Source: Paramecium tetraurelia (lineage: Eukaryota). From it: DNA of 64,000 bases. Under the pieces are notes generated by a model, which saw nothing but the letters and a program-made list of their open reading frames with translations, was not told the origin of the DNA and did not search any database. Shown one piece after another: positions 1-13,684 of the stretch. Position 1 is the first letter of the stretch; the number at the start of each line of letters is the position of its first letter. Where the stretch lies: assembly GCA_000165425.1 (NCBI GenBank), contig CT868385.1, forward strand, positions 1-64,000, in the 5' to 3' direction. Position numbers and translations under genes: made by a program.

Positions 1-174
1 AAAGAAACACAAATTAAAGAGAATCTAATTTTACAAAAATGATGCAAACACTTGTTGTGAGAATTCGTAAATGAAAATTGAGGAGACATAAAAATTCAAA
101 TTCAAATTCCTTTTAGCTTAATCGATATTTATCTTATTATATTTTGATATTTATAACAATTAATCTTCAATTAT

Positions 175-2230
175 TCAATTTGAAAAATAAGTTTACTTTA
201 ACTCTTCAAATTATTGGTTAAATTCTTTTTAAGTGGCTTTCTTTAAAAATTACTCAATTTGCACTATCGAACTTATTGAATCAATCTTCAAAAATTAACA
301 AATCGTGTTAAAGTGCTATGGAATGTGTTACACATCACAAATTCTATTTATCAATATGCACATTAAAATTAATAACCTAATGTAAGGGTTATTCTTATCA
401 TCTTAAGATTCAAACAGAGATATGGTATTTGTTAAAATATATCTATAAGATTTTTTGATATCTTCAAAATTGTTAAGCACTGTGTTCTAAAAATTAATAT
501 TTAATATGATTTACATCTTCCAAATATTTTTCAATAAATTTGTATAATTCTTTTAACACTCCTTCATTTTTTGATTAATCTAAGATTTTTTTCAGTTGTT
601 GATGATCTTTCTACAACAATAATTTTTGATTAACATCAATATCAAGCTTCATCTTTCCAATCATTTTTTTATACTCATCAGAACATTAGGTAAATTTTTA
701 CCATTCTTACTCAGGAATATGATATAGGTTTTAAAATGATTCTAAAGCGAATTGATACTCCTTCTTTAGTATTAATTATGCTTTTTTGATTCCATATATT
801 GCAATTGATATTAAACTGTTGTTTGTCTTTTAGAAATGTGATTGCAATTCATCAATAAGCTTTGACATTAATGAAAAGCGATACAGATAAAAATAGATTT
901 GATTCCAAATTAAATAATCCTTGGGTCTGTCCGAGTTGAGAAATGGAAGTACGCTTAATAATAGTTCGTTTTCCAGAAGAGAACCCTTTAATTGAGTATC
1001 TTCAGTATTATATTAAGTTTTCACATAAGTCTAAGTTTGTGAAACCTTACTTATAATTTAGTGTTAATTTAATGATTTATAATTAACAGGATTTTCAAAT
1101 TCAGGAGGATAGAGAGAACTAATATTTTAGTCGGGAGGTTCGATGGAATCATCAAAGTTATTCTTCTCTTGAACTAATGGTTATGATGATATAATTTGCT
1201 ATTCTTCAAATATTTTCTTTAAATTATAAGATATAATATTACCTTAATAATTGTTGTTACTTAAATGTCGAATGGCTGGGATTCTTCACATTTGGAATTT
1301 GTATTCTTTTCTCTTTTTTCAATGACTTTTGAAATGATATTTTTCAAGGTATTCTGTCTGTAAAACTGCTCCTAAAGGGAATAGAATTAATTATTTTTAA
1401 ATTTCTACAGCAATTACAAATAATCAATTCTTTTATTTACATCTATTGATAACATCGATATCACTAGTTTCTTCAACCCTTCCGAATAATTTGTTTAAGC
1501 AATAGATAAATTGATATCTGAAGAAACCTCGCTTAAATTGCTCATTTAAAATCTTGGTAAATCATTTCCAACCATCAAATAATAGATGACTCTCCCTAAT
1601 AAAAAGATATCCACTTTTTCATTGTAAGTTTAATTATAAATCATTTCTGGCACTTAATATTCTAAATCTGGGTAAAATCCATATTCCATCATAACAGAAT
1701 GCTGATTTTCGACAAACAAAATATTATTTACATTAAAGCACCTCCCTAAGAGGTTTTTTTAATGAATGGCGTACAAAGCTATCAGAAGGTCTTAGAAGAT
1801 CTTTAATATCACTTATTCCTGTAATTATTTCAATTCTGACAATAGTATATAATCCTGAAAGCCATACCNNNNNNNNNNNNNNNNNNNNNNNNNNNNNNNN
1901 NNNNNNNNNNNNNNNNNNNNNNNNNNNNNNNNNNNNNNNNNNNNNNNNNNNNNNNNNNNNNNNNNNNNNNNNNNNNNNNNNNNNNNNNNNNNNNNNNNNN
2001 NNNNNNNNNNNNNNNNNNAGTGGTTACTTCGTTTATAAAGAGCTGACAACTTTCGGCACCCTAATATTATCACGATTAAATTCCTCCAAATATTAGTTAT
2101 TTTAGTATTCCGGCTTTGGAATATATCCAAAATATGTCTTATCTTGAATATTTACTAACTAAATCTGAAAAGCTTAAGATTAGATTTTGTTTAGATTCTG
2201 GGATTTGAGCAATTCTTTATTAAAATTCAT
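175..2230 (-). CDS. Protein kinase-fold pseudokinase with C-terminal helical extension (interrupted by N gap; 3' end approximate)
   Basis: Code-6 translation from ATG 2230: ...KIFQDLLIALYAIHQKNLLGRCFNVNNILF...MEYGF...VPEMIYNQTYNEKVDIFLLGRVIYYLMVG...LVISMLSIDVNKR = kinase subdomains VI-XI with degenerate HRD/DFG; short GT-AG intron near 1217-1242. Confidence 0.65.
1869..2018. other. Assembly gap (150 N)
   Basis: Run of N. Confidence 1.
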
Positions 2231-2693
2231 GAAAGTATTCGGCTTTAATAAATTAAAATTAATTATGAATTAAAACATAGAACTTCATACTCCTTGAATG
2301 TATATTATAGAAATCAATGAAATATAAGATTTTCTGTTCTATCTGTCTTTCATCATCTACAAATTAACAAAACCTTGAATACAATAATATTAAGAGATAA
2401 TATTTTGAAGAATAATATTTCAATTTATTTAAATATCTATATAGGATAAAAATTTATTGTCACAACTCTCGATAAATTTTTTTATAATTATTAATAAATA
2501 TTAAGAATTCTTTTAAAATTCATAATTATTGAAAGCAATTTTCAAAATTAACTTAACTAATTGTTCAATAAAATAACCAGAGATATTATATTTTTAAATT
2601 CAAATACTTAATAGAAAAATAGAATTGAAACTAATATCTATAATTTGAATTAAAAATAATAAGAAAAAACCCAATTATAAAACATAAAACAAC

Positions 2694-3367
2694 TCAATTA
2701 TAAAACAATCGTTCAGATCTCTTTTTTTTAAATTACTTTGGCTATTCATTTTACCTTCGTATTTCATTAAATAAATCCTCATCTTTCCCATTTTCACAAT
2801 GATTGCAATTACAATCAACTGTACATGTCTTTTATCTAATAAAACACTCGCAATATCTTTTCTGACATCTAGTTTTTTTGCAATTACACCCCCAAACATC
2901 TTTTGTTTCAAATAACTTCTCCTATGTAACTTTTTTATTTCTGTGTGCTTTTTTTCTAATATATTCAACTGCATTGTGTCTCTAGTTTAAATATTCATCA
3001 GTATTCTAACAATCCTCGCATTTACATTATTCTACACAAGTTTACCCATTATGGAAGCATGAGCAATACATTTTCAAACAATTAGTTTTTGAACAGCTAC
3101 ATGGTTACCATTTTGTATTTTCTAATATTTAACTTTCTTCTTTATTTTCGTCTAAATCTATTTGTCTATTAATAACTTAATGAAGTTGCTCATTATTCTC
3201 AATTGTTGAATTCCTATAATAATTATAATGAGATACAATTTTCTTAATTTTACGAGTTTGGGCGATTACTTATTTTCCAAATCAATTTCACTAAACTCAG
3301 AACATTTACTCCAAGTTAATAATAATTTAGGAGGCTTATTTTCTTCTGAGAGTTCTTGATTGATCAT
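2694..3367 (-). CDS. CRC/tesmin (TSO1/LIN54-like CXC) domain DNA-binding protein
   Basis: Two CXC repeats: PCSCSKTNCLKMYCSCFHNGQTCVEQCKCEDCQN and GCNCKKTRCQKRYCECF...CTVDCNCNHCEN; one ~23-nt intron; TGA stop. Confidence 0.9.
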
Positions 3368-3473
3368 AAGAAAAATTTAAATATTATAATTTTTATATAA
3401 AACTCATAAATATCCCATATTTTGCATTAAAAATTCTGAGACATTTTACTATGAGTGATATAATGCAATTTTA

Positions 3474-4121
3474 ATGAACATGCACTTTAGAGATGATATC
3501 ATCAATTTTAAACCAACTTGTCATATGATAAAAGGATTGGATCTTGATGATAGAATCTAGTATTGAATTACAAATAGTGTTCTATTTTTCTAGCAAATAA
3601 GATTATAACAAGCCTGAATAAAAGATATGCTTTATGTCAAGATTGATGAATCGTATGTTTATTAGATATTTTTAAAATTGTAAGAAAAATTATTTAATTA
3701 ATCATAAAGGATTATTAAAATAAACTTAAGTGAAACCTGAGCTCAAAAAGATAGCAGATAAAAACTCAATTATCATTTTTGTTTCCGATCTATTAACAGA
3801 TTTTTAAATCTAATATAGATTTCAATTATAAAAAGGCTCGAAGTTTGAATAATCGGAATAATAAGATTTATATAATCCTAAATTATTTAATAGAGATGTT
3901 ATGATTATTTCACTCTGCAGGAAGGAAAAAATACTTAAAATATTAATAGCAAGTAAGAAGGTGTAGGAAAAGGTTCTAATTTTACAAAATTCAGTAGAAT
4001 ATAAATTGAGGAAAGTGAAATAATAAAGTAATCAGTTAAAAATAATGTTATTTATTTACAGTTCCCAAGCAAATAATAATAGAAAGGACATTTAAAAGAA
4101 TATTAACAAGAGTTCTGAGTG
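3474..4121 (+). CDS. Hypothetical protein (model uncertain)
   Basis: Long TGA-free frame under code 6 once a 34-nt GT-AG intron (~3560-3593) is removed; no recognisable domain. Confidence 0.35.
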
Positions 4122-4177
4122 AATTATTTTAAGATTATAAATAAATATTGTGCACATTATTTTAATTATAACGAATT

Positions 4178-4642
4178 ATGAGTCGTCTTTATACATTAGA
4201 GGATGAACAACTTGATTATGGATAAGATTATGAAAGTGTTTTAGTTGTAAAAGAAATTGATCAACCTAAAAATGAGAGGGAAAATGAAAAAGATCTATAA
4301 AAGCTTTTAAGTTTGCAATTTTATAGCAAAAAGAAAAAAAGTTCATTTCAATTAAATGCTATCTAAAGATTAATAACAGAGCAAAAGGAAAACTTTAAGA
4401 AATAATAAGAAAATAAATATCTCAATTAAAAACTTAAGACACCATCATCTAAGCCATTCCCAGTTATAATAGTCACACCAAAATGCTCAATTAAGACACC
4501 TTAGTATAGTAAGAGTTCAAAGTAGCAAATTTTGATTGCGCCGTTAAACTTTTAAGATTCATTTCAGAAAATAAAATTGCTGGTTTCAAAATAATAAAAG
4601 CATTAGTTAGATTTTAGTAAATTTAAAAGGTCGATATACTGA
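4178..4642 (+). CDS. Hypothetical protein, ~154 aa
   Basis: ATG...TGA intronless code-6 ORF MSRLYTLEDEQLDYGQ...FKRSIY. Confidence 0.6.
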
Positions 4643-4711
4643 TAAATATTTCATATTGAGACTTCTTTATTTTTTGGTTTTGTAATTAAAAATAATAATT
4701 ATAATTATTAA

Positions 4712-5050
4712 ATGGCTGAAGGATAATCTGACACGTTTTGGAAATCACTATATATCTATTTTAATGAAATGGATTTTGAATCTCAATTGTTTGTGAAAAA
4801 GATATATAAAATCATCATATTGACAGTGGCTGTAATCAAAAATTAGGATATCTTTAGATAATTTCATTTATAATTGCATTCTTCCTTGAGAGATTTTCAG
4901 TATGTGTATACTCTACAATTGGATCAAGTGTTCTTTGTATATTAGTATAAATAAAATAATATCATATAATAGGTATTAGCACCTGCATGGCCTATGTGGA
5001 AAAAAAATTAACCTAATTGGCAACAAGCAAATTAGTAAAAACAAAAATGA
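4712..5050 (+). CDS. SPCS1: Signal peptidase complex 12-kDa subunit (SPC12)
   Basis: MDFESQLFVKKIYKIII + two TM helices + LAPAWPMWKKNQPNW, matching the SPC12 pattern MDFxGQ...PPWP.Y...P..W; two tiny introns. Confidence 0.85.
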
Positions 5051-5435
5051 AATTTAAATATATATTTTCAACGTATAAAAGCTAGTCTTGAAAAATCTTT
5101 AAACTCCTAAGGAGAGTTGATTCAATAAAATAGAATTAGAAGTACTATAAATTAATTCAGAAAATTAAATTTAATTAATCCAATCACACTATATATAATT
5201 CTTTAATTCATATAGTAATTCTATTTACTTGATCTAATTAACTTTAATTGCTATTATTATTTTTCATAAAATGAATCTAAAAATTTCGATTTAGTTTTAA
5301 TTGGATTTGCTTTGACAAACTTTTGCCTCAAAATATCCCATTTTATTAATGTACATCAATTTTATTAGATTATTACGATGGATTTTAACTAAAGAATCAA
5401 TTTTTGACATTTTATAATTTTTATATTATAAAATT

Positions 5436-6341
5436 ATGAAAAAGCAATAATCAAAATCGTAATCAAATAGAAACAGATAAGATACAGCAAAATCTGTAAA
5501 AAGATAAGAGAAACTAACTAAAATTTAAGAAGCTTTTAATTTTAATAAGGCATCGAAATATATTGTAAGCTAATGTTATTTATATAGTTTCAATCTGGAT
5601 TTTAAGAGAGAGCATGGTTAATTAAAAGGGGGTACTAGGACAGGATTGATTTTAAAGATTCAGAAATCGCAGAACTCAGAAAATATTTCTCTTCTCTTGA
5701 CGGAGATGGCTCTGGTGCAATAGGAATAGAAGAATTAGAAGATCCATTAATCGCTTTGGGCTTAGTAAATTCCAGAGAAGAAGTGGAAAAAATTATGAGT
5801 GAAGTTGATGAAGATGGAACAAATGAAATAGAATTCAAGGAGTTCTTAACAATTATGAGAGGAGTGTAAAAGGGAGGAAATACTGATTAAGGAGAAAAGA
5901 ATCCTATTTATGATTTCTTCAAAAGTATCAGATTCATTTGATAGTGTTTTAGAGATGAGTAATGGTTAATTAGAAAAAGGAATGGATAGACACATTCCTT
6001 TTAAATTAAATGTTAGCTTATTTCGAAGAAAACAAATATTAAGTAAATTATTAATTAAAATGAGACGCAATAACTAGTGATTAAAAGGAGCTAAAAGATA
6101 AAGGGTCAAAAATTTTGTAGGCATACAAGAGATAACTATTAAATTATAAGTAACAAGAAAGATTGAATCGAGGAGAGGATCCAAATGGTAATAAATTGCC
6201 ATATGATATATAGACATATCTTTGGATTAGTTTCCGAATAAGGATAATGGGCCTAATCCTAGAAATGGTCTTCCGAAACAACAAAGAATAATCTAACCTG
6301 AAGCAAAAATAGGAAGCAGCAATAAACACCTAGAAAAATGA
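5436..6341 (+). CDS. EF-hand Ca-binding protein (centrin/calmodulin-like pair)
   Basis: EF loops DGDGSGAIGIEEL and DEDGTNEIEFKEF; several short introns. Confidence 0.8.
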
Positions 6342-6712
6342 ATATTAATTTAAATTGATATAAAATTTTCTTATGATTTTTGCTTTTCTTTAAGAATCTA
6401 TTTTCTATGTCTTTGGGTTTAAATTTAAGACTTTTTTGTTACTATTAATTAGTTTTGTTTTTAAAATAAAATCTTCATATAGTATGATTAGGATTGAAGT
6501 GATTCTAGATACGATTTAAAGTATAAAAATGAGGGGCTTTGGAGTAATTTGATATTTTATGAAAAATATTATAAAAAATAAAATTATTAACTCTTGTTTA
6601 TTTGAATTTGAAATACTTTGGCATTAGAGAGGATAATAAAAATTATTTTTTTGCTTTTGGTTGGAGCCTTATTAAGAGTGAAGTATGAGTGTTGAATTAT
6701 ATATATAAATTA

Positions 6713-9700
6713 ATGATTTTTCAATAACTAAAAATTACTTTACCTCCAATTGGTGCTCAAGAAATCGAGAAATCAATATAGAAAAGAATGGGAGACTGCT
6801 TAGAAACATAATTAGGGTTTGAATACGAACCTTTTACGTTTCAATATTTAGAATTACACCCCGATTTGGTTACTATTAAAAATCAAGTATACAAACTTAT
6901 AGTTATATATGCAGAAAATTGAACATCATCCCATTGAGGATTAATAACATGTACATACTGCATTGGGATGCTTTAGTAAAGAAAATAAAATACGCTTATT
7001 CTTAAGCGAAAACATCCATGTTTTGCAACGATTAGTGATTATAATGGTAATTGTAAATACTATAGCATTCTGTCTATACGACTATTAAATTAGAGATAGT
7101 GTAAACAATTTAAGCACCAGAAATATAGCCTCAATAATTATCGAAACAATATGCAATGTTTTTTTTGGGATTGAGATAATAATTCAGTGCATTTGCTATG
7201 GAGCAATTTTGGGTAAAGGAACTTATTTAAGAAATATTTGGAGTTGTCTTAATTTTCTAACTTTTGTCTGTACATGGTCAATATATTTCGATTAGTCAAA
7301 TACATTCATTTAATTGTTAAGAGTTATTCGTTTATTAAGATTGGTGAGACTTTTACAAGAAATACATTACTTAAGGGAACAAGTGGAAACCTTTTTTTCA
7401 TGCTTTTTAACAATCCACACTATAATAATTCCATTAGTGATAGTGATTTTTGGATTTTCCGTTATCGGGCTGCATTTGCTCAGAGGAGTTACGGGATATA
7501 GATGTGCTAAGGACGGAATCATTGATCTGAATATTAGAAATCTGTGTGGAGAATGGGAATGTCCAGATGGGTATTTATATTTCAATATTAAGCTATGAGT
7601 GCATTAATCATTTCAATTCTGAAGATTTAAGTTATTTAGACTTTTATTACGGATACTACAATTTTGATACTATATATGATTCCTTTTTAAGTGGATTCAT
7701 GTTTTTTAATGCAACAGGTTGGTCGCCAACGACATTTTATTTTTGGAAAGCTGTGACTCCTCCTGCTACTGCAATTTATTGTATTTTTATGCTTTTTATC
7801 TTGTAAATTAATAATTTATATTAGACATTACACCTTATCTGATTTATTGTTAGCATCCCTCTATGAATCATTTCTCGTTAGCAGTGCAATCAAAAATAGC
7901 ATCAAATCCAATAAATCTGAACTATTTACCCAGAGAAGAAGGACAGTTACGTTAGTTAATAATTAAAACAAAGCTTAGATCAACTTCCATAAATTGCATA
8001 TGATTACTTAAATTTCATCTTAAAATAGGGTAAACCTTGTGACTCCTGCTGAGATTTTGCGGAATGAGACGATTAAGGTGAAAAATGAAGCTTGGTTTAT
8101 TACAAGAATCAAGTAGTTTGATTAAGTTTTTATCATTACTTCAACAATCATACTGTGCATGGACTAAGTTGAAAAGTAGTATAACCCAAAAGAGTATTAT
8201 GCAGACATGGTAATGAACTTTATGCTAATAATTTTAACTCTTTTTAAGTTAATATTTTTTAAGAGATCAAGGAGAAAATTGTCATTTATAATAGATGTAA
8301 TCTTATCACTTGCTTTGATCGTTGTGATTATATTGGAATTTTTAAATTATTAAAGCAATGTTTTTATAATAATTAAAGCTTTTAAGGCTTTTAGACTAAT
8401 AAAATTAATTTATAAATTAGAGTACTTTGGAATAATAAGGGTGTTGCTTAGATGTCTGATTGAAACAATAATTAAAATTAGACATTTAATCATTTTATGG
8501 GCCATTTTTGCATTCTTAATTTCTATAATAGGATAGGAATTGTTTGCTCATTATGTGAAAGGGTCAACTGAAATTGAAGTACATTTTAATGGAATCGGGA
8601 ATTCACTTATGGCTGTATTTAATATTTTTTATGGAGAAGAATGGCATGTAACAATGTACTAACACGCATTATATAAGCCTGCTTCATCGTTTCTCTTTTT
8701 TTTGATTGTATTCTTTTTGTGTCATACACTTTTTATGAGACTATTGAAAGCTTTATTTTTAAATGAATTTGGAAAGAAGTTAAATGAATTAGATTAAAAG
8801 TATCCATAAACAGACTATTTATAAAGAGCTTGGCAGTATATAAAAAGTTTATGTTTTTAATAAGAGTCACCCTAATCCTAATCATAATGTTAGAATGAGG
8901 ATGACTCAAAAGCACCGCTTTAAGAGACCAGTCCTAATGGGACTAGGATTAAATCTCAGGTTTCATAGATAAATGTTTCAAATTATAGAAGAATAGTAGA
9001 ACATAAAATGTTTCGAATTTGTCTCTTGCTTGTTGTAGCTTTGAGCGCAGTAAAGAGTGCTGTGTAAAATCCGTTAACAGACCCTAGGAGCAAAGAGAAA
9101 GTAATAAATTTATTAAAATTAGCTAATTTTGGATGTGATTTAATATGTAACAACTGTGATTTTCATGATCGAACTGATACTCAATTGTATGGCCTATGGG
9201 ATAATCAAATTCATAAATCAATCATTTCTAAACATAATATCCATTATAAACATCATAGTGAATCTAATCTCAATAGGATTGGGCAATCCTCCACTTTTTA
9301 TTCTGACTCTCTTTGACTCTCTGAGAGTTCTTGCCTTTTTAAAAACAGGAGCAGATTAATACCCTATACTTAAATAAGCACTTTAGGCGTTATTTAATGC
9401 TTTTACAAAAATGATCTAATTAGCTATTTTTAGTCTTCTAATTTTATTAATTTACAGTATTATCGGTATGCAATTATTAAATCACGAATTCTATTATTGC
9501 AGTCTGCCTGAAGAAAGTTCAATAGAAGTACATCTAATATCTAAAATTGATTGTTTTGATATAGGAGGAAATTGGGTAGACAAGCCTCTTAATTTTGATA
9601 GTTTATTTTAATCAATAAATATCCTATTTTGTGTGGCTACATCGGAAGAATGGACATAACTGATGATACCAGCATGGTCAGCTGCAGGGATTGACCACTA

Positions 9701-11326
9701 GCCACATCATGACACAAACAGATATTGGTCAATTTATTATTAGCTGTTTTACTTTATTGGTAATATTTTGGTTTTGGGAATGTTTGTGACTTTAGTTGTC
9801 GAAACATATATAAAAACAAGAGAAGAATCATGTATTAATATTGTTATACATAATTAGAAAATCTTAATTTATTAGATGACAAACAAAGAGAGTGGTTTCA
9901 GATCAAAGAATAAATATTGCATTTGAAACCCAAGAAGAAGTTTAAACCTCCCAACAATTACATTTTAAATGCCATTTATCGAGTGTATTAATTATTGTAG
10001 ATTCCATTTTTAATAGTAATCTTAAGCAACATCATTATGCTTAGTTTATACTATGCTAGAATGGGATAAGAATACGAATAGGCTTTGGACTAAGTCAATT
10101 AAATCTTTATCTTTATTCAACTATTTGAAATACTAATAAGTACAGTGCAAGTAACAGATTACACGTTTAAGATTTACGAAATTATTGGAATTATTTTGAG
10201 TGTGGTTTCTAGCTTTTTAGACTACCACATTCTCCATGTAGTTTCAGTGGTATTTCAAGTTACCAGAATATACAAATTAACATAGCATTTCAAAACCATT
10301 CAACATTTATTCCATGCCATTTTTGCTGTGCTACCAAACACAGCCTCAATGCTTTTGATTATGTTGGTTGTCTTATATTGTTACACTATTGTGTCTTGTG
10401 ATTTATTTGCTTATTTACGTCCTTAAAAATCAGTAAATGGATTTGATATGCACTTTAGGGATTTCTGGGGTGCTCTGATGACTCTAATTAAGGTGTCGTC
10501 TGGTGAGAAATGGTGGATTGTATTGCAAGAAACAACCTTAGAATAATCACCTGACATAGCATGCATTAATATTGAATCATATGATGAATTTTTAGAGGTA
10601 GGTTTTAATGGATGTGGGTCAAACCTTTCTTATCCATTTTTTATTTCATTCATCCTTGTATTTTCTCTTATGATTTTAAATCTCTTGGTCGCCAACATCA
10701 TTGGAGCATATGAGCAATATCATAAAAGTGAATAGAGTGCTATTTCTAAATACTAATTGTTGGATGTGATGGAGTTGTGGTCATAATTTGATGAAAATGG
10801 AGAGGGATTCATAAGTTATAAACTCTTTTGGAGGTTGTCCTCTTAGATAGCTATAATCTTTGGATTAGAATAGTCAGATTTGTTGGATGTCAATAACAAG
10901 AAGAAATTTCTAAAGGCTTTGAAGATTCCGATTTATGAATTAGTCGACTCGAATGTTCTTTGTTACAGATTCCATGATGTGATTGTGAGTTTGACTAGGA
11001 TTTCAGTGACCATTAAATATGGAGTAGTGAATTTAGAACCTGAAGACAAGGATATATATAATAAGGTCTATGGGAATAAGCATTCACACGTGGAACAGAA
11101 GTTCAGAGAGACAGCATTGAATAGTGGCGATATGGTATTTAGATATAAGTTTATCATCTAGGTTTCCATAATCTTTATTTAGCAGAAGTTTAGAGAATGG
11201 AAGTAGAAATCGCTTTTAAAAAATACTATAATTTTGGGTGGAATTGGAGACTATCGAAGTTTAATCAAAATCAAATCTAAAACACTTAGTGAAAAAATAC
11301 ACGAGTAGATAAATAGTGAAGATTGA
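6713..11326 (+). CDS. Four-domain voltage-gated cation channel (Cav/Nav/NALCN superfamily), divergent
   Basis: Four 6TM repeats; S4 LRVIRLLRLVRLL (domain I); P-loops FNATGW, FYGEEW, ATSEEW, SSGEKW; NLLVANI in IVS6; C-terminal EF-like FDENGEGFISY. Confidence 0.9.
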
Positions 11327-11429
11327 CATTTGTATTTAAATTCATTTATCTAAATATTCAAACTACAAATTGATATTAATATTTATACTGATTTTTAAAT
11401 TGATAACTTATTAAAAATAATTACTAAAT

Positions 11430-12299
11430 ATGAACTCTAAATAAAAATTGAATAGGCAAACCAAGGTGTAATTCTTTTGCAAACAGATTGAAGAGAGAAG
11501 ACAACGATTAAATATTAAGAAAATCAAACCATATTATCATTTGACTCAAACGTAAATGAGTTAAAGGATTGGGAGATCTAGACGATTGGAAATTAGTTAA
11601 AATAAATTTGGAAATACCAGTTGTTGTTGTTCGGAGTGTGGAAGGGACTCACAGTTTAAATAGAGAATATTCAAGATCTATCCATTTAATGGGACATCTT
11701 ATTAATATTAGGAATCAATAAAGCAAAACCAAATATTAGATCGTTACCGAAATTCCAAATATATCAAAACCTTTAGAAAACTTGTCTATTGTCTGCTCTT
11801 TATCATACGATATAGGATTGTGTAGAACATAAGATTTAGACAAAGACAGAGAATGAAAAAAGTGTTGAAAACTAGAGTGGAATAACCAAGAATGACATTT
11901 CTCAATGTGTTGGATATTGCAAAGAAGTCATTGAATCCAAAGTTTAAGTCAGCTTCCAATTTCGATTTTGCAATTAGTTAGAATGCTACTGCTCTCAATT
12001 CTCCTCAGGATTCAGACGAAGAGTTCTATCATCTGAAACCGAAGAAATCTTTGGCGCATAAATTATCAACAGAAGAACATCTACCGCATAAAAAATTGTC
12101 AAAATCCTAATAAAAAGTTTATTTAATTACTGGATTAAATTCAGTTTTGAATTAATATGTAACTTCAAAGTTAAACAAACCAACTATTAAATGCAATTAA
12201 TAATCAATATGCATGCCACCATTACTGTCCTTAACCGTATCTCCCAGATAGAATCAATCGACTCATTTGCCTCATATTAGAATTAGACATAATAATTGA
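11430..12299 (+). CDS. Hypothetical basic protein with CCCSECG motif
   Basis: Long code-6 frame ...GNTSCCCSECGRDS...FRKLVYCLLFIIRY...; 5' splicing uncertain. Confidence 0.55.
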
Positions 12300-12352
12300 T
12301 TATATTTCATATACTGCTATAATTAGTTTTGTATTAGACATTATATTATTTA

Positions 12353-13657
12353 ATGTTATAGAGTGATGAGAGAACTGAATAAGATTATGCCATTAACAAA
12401 TCGAAGAATGAGCCAATACTCAATAGAAACAGTATCACTCAAGTATTAATCTATTTTACTAATGCTTAATTCAGGAGGACATACAATTGATTTTGAAGGA
12501 ATCTTAACTCAAAGATAGTCTGAAGATAAATTATTGATTGTACCAGAGGAATTAGGTGCTCAAGTTCCTCCCAGAGTCGAATTCGAGGTTCATACCACTC
12601 AGAATAAGGTGAAAAAACTAAAAACCATAAAGATGGCTAAATTGCCAACGAAAACATAGTTTATTTTGGAGTTAAGTGAAAATAGCGATTATAGAGAATT
12701 ACTGGCTTCTATTGAGGATTTAGAAAGGAATGAGTTGAAAAAGGCCAAAGCTCGATTGCTGAAGATTATAGGTAATTCGAAAGAAGGAATAAATGAAGCT
12801 TAAACAAAAATTGAATAAAAATAGTCTTCAGTAATTTGCATTTAAGCATTTTATTACTTGAGTAAAGTTTAACAATCGGAAGGACTTATTGAGGAGGCAG
12901 TTGCAACACAAAATATGATTTTATAAAATTTCGACATTGCTGATCTCCATATTAAAGGGCAGTTAATGTTGAGTTTGGGAAATTTATATCGAATCCTACT
13001 CAAATTTTAGGATGCAGCAGATAAGTTTTACCAGGCTCTAATTTTGTATGAGAGACTCAACTGGAAAGTGCAATAGGCGGACTGTTTATTATAGTTAGGG
13101 ATCGTTTACGCACTTATCAGTAGATATTCTGTGTAATTTAGATGATTACGAATCGGCTAAGTTGATTACCTATGAAGCCTTAGAAATCTACAGGGACAAT
13201 ATCATAGAGAACAATATTAAAGTTGGCAAGGCGTATTATGCTTTGGGAAAAATCTTCTATTATTCTAAAGCATTTGAAGTGGCTACTGAATATTTGTTGA
13301 AGAGCCTTAAAATACATACTGATTTGTATTTGTTGTCTAATATTTAGTTATCAAAATGATTATGACTTTAACTTTGTTTAAATTTATAATCTACTTGGGA
13401 TAGTATACCAAGTTCAACATCAACTAGAAATTGCCATAGATTACTACACTTTGGCAGTAAGATGCTATCGAGGAACCTTCGATGCCTAATTAGGATAGAT
13501 ATTGAATAACATAGGAGTAGCATATCTTGGTTTGAAGAAAAATGAGTTAGCTAGCGATTTTTTTAATAATGCTGATTAAGTTTACAGTATTTACTTTGAG
13601 TAAACTAACAAATTAAGAAAAAGAGTCTAACTCAACCTTGAATCTGTTAAATTATGA
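12353..13657 (+). CDS. Tetratricopeptide-repeat protein
   Basis: TPR motifs: LSLGNLYRILLKFQDAADKFYQAL, AYYALGKIFYYSKAFEVATEYLLKSL, ILNNIGVAYLGLKKNELASDFF. Confidence 0.85.
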
Positions 13658-13684
13658 TTTTCACTACATTTTAATTAATATTGA

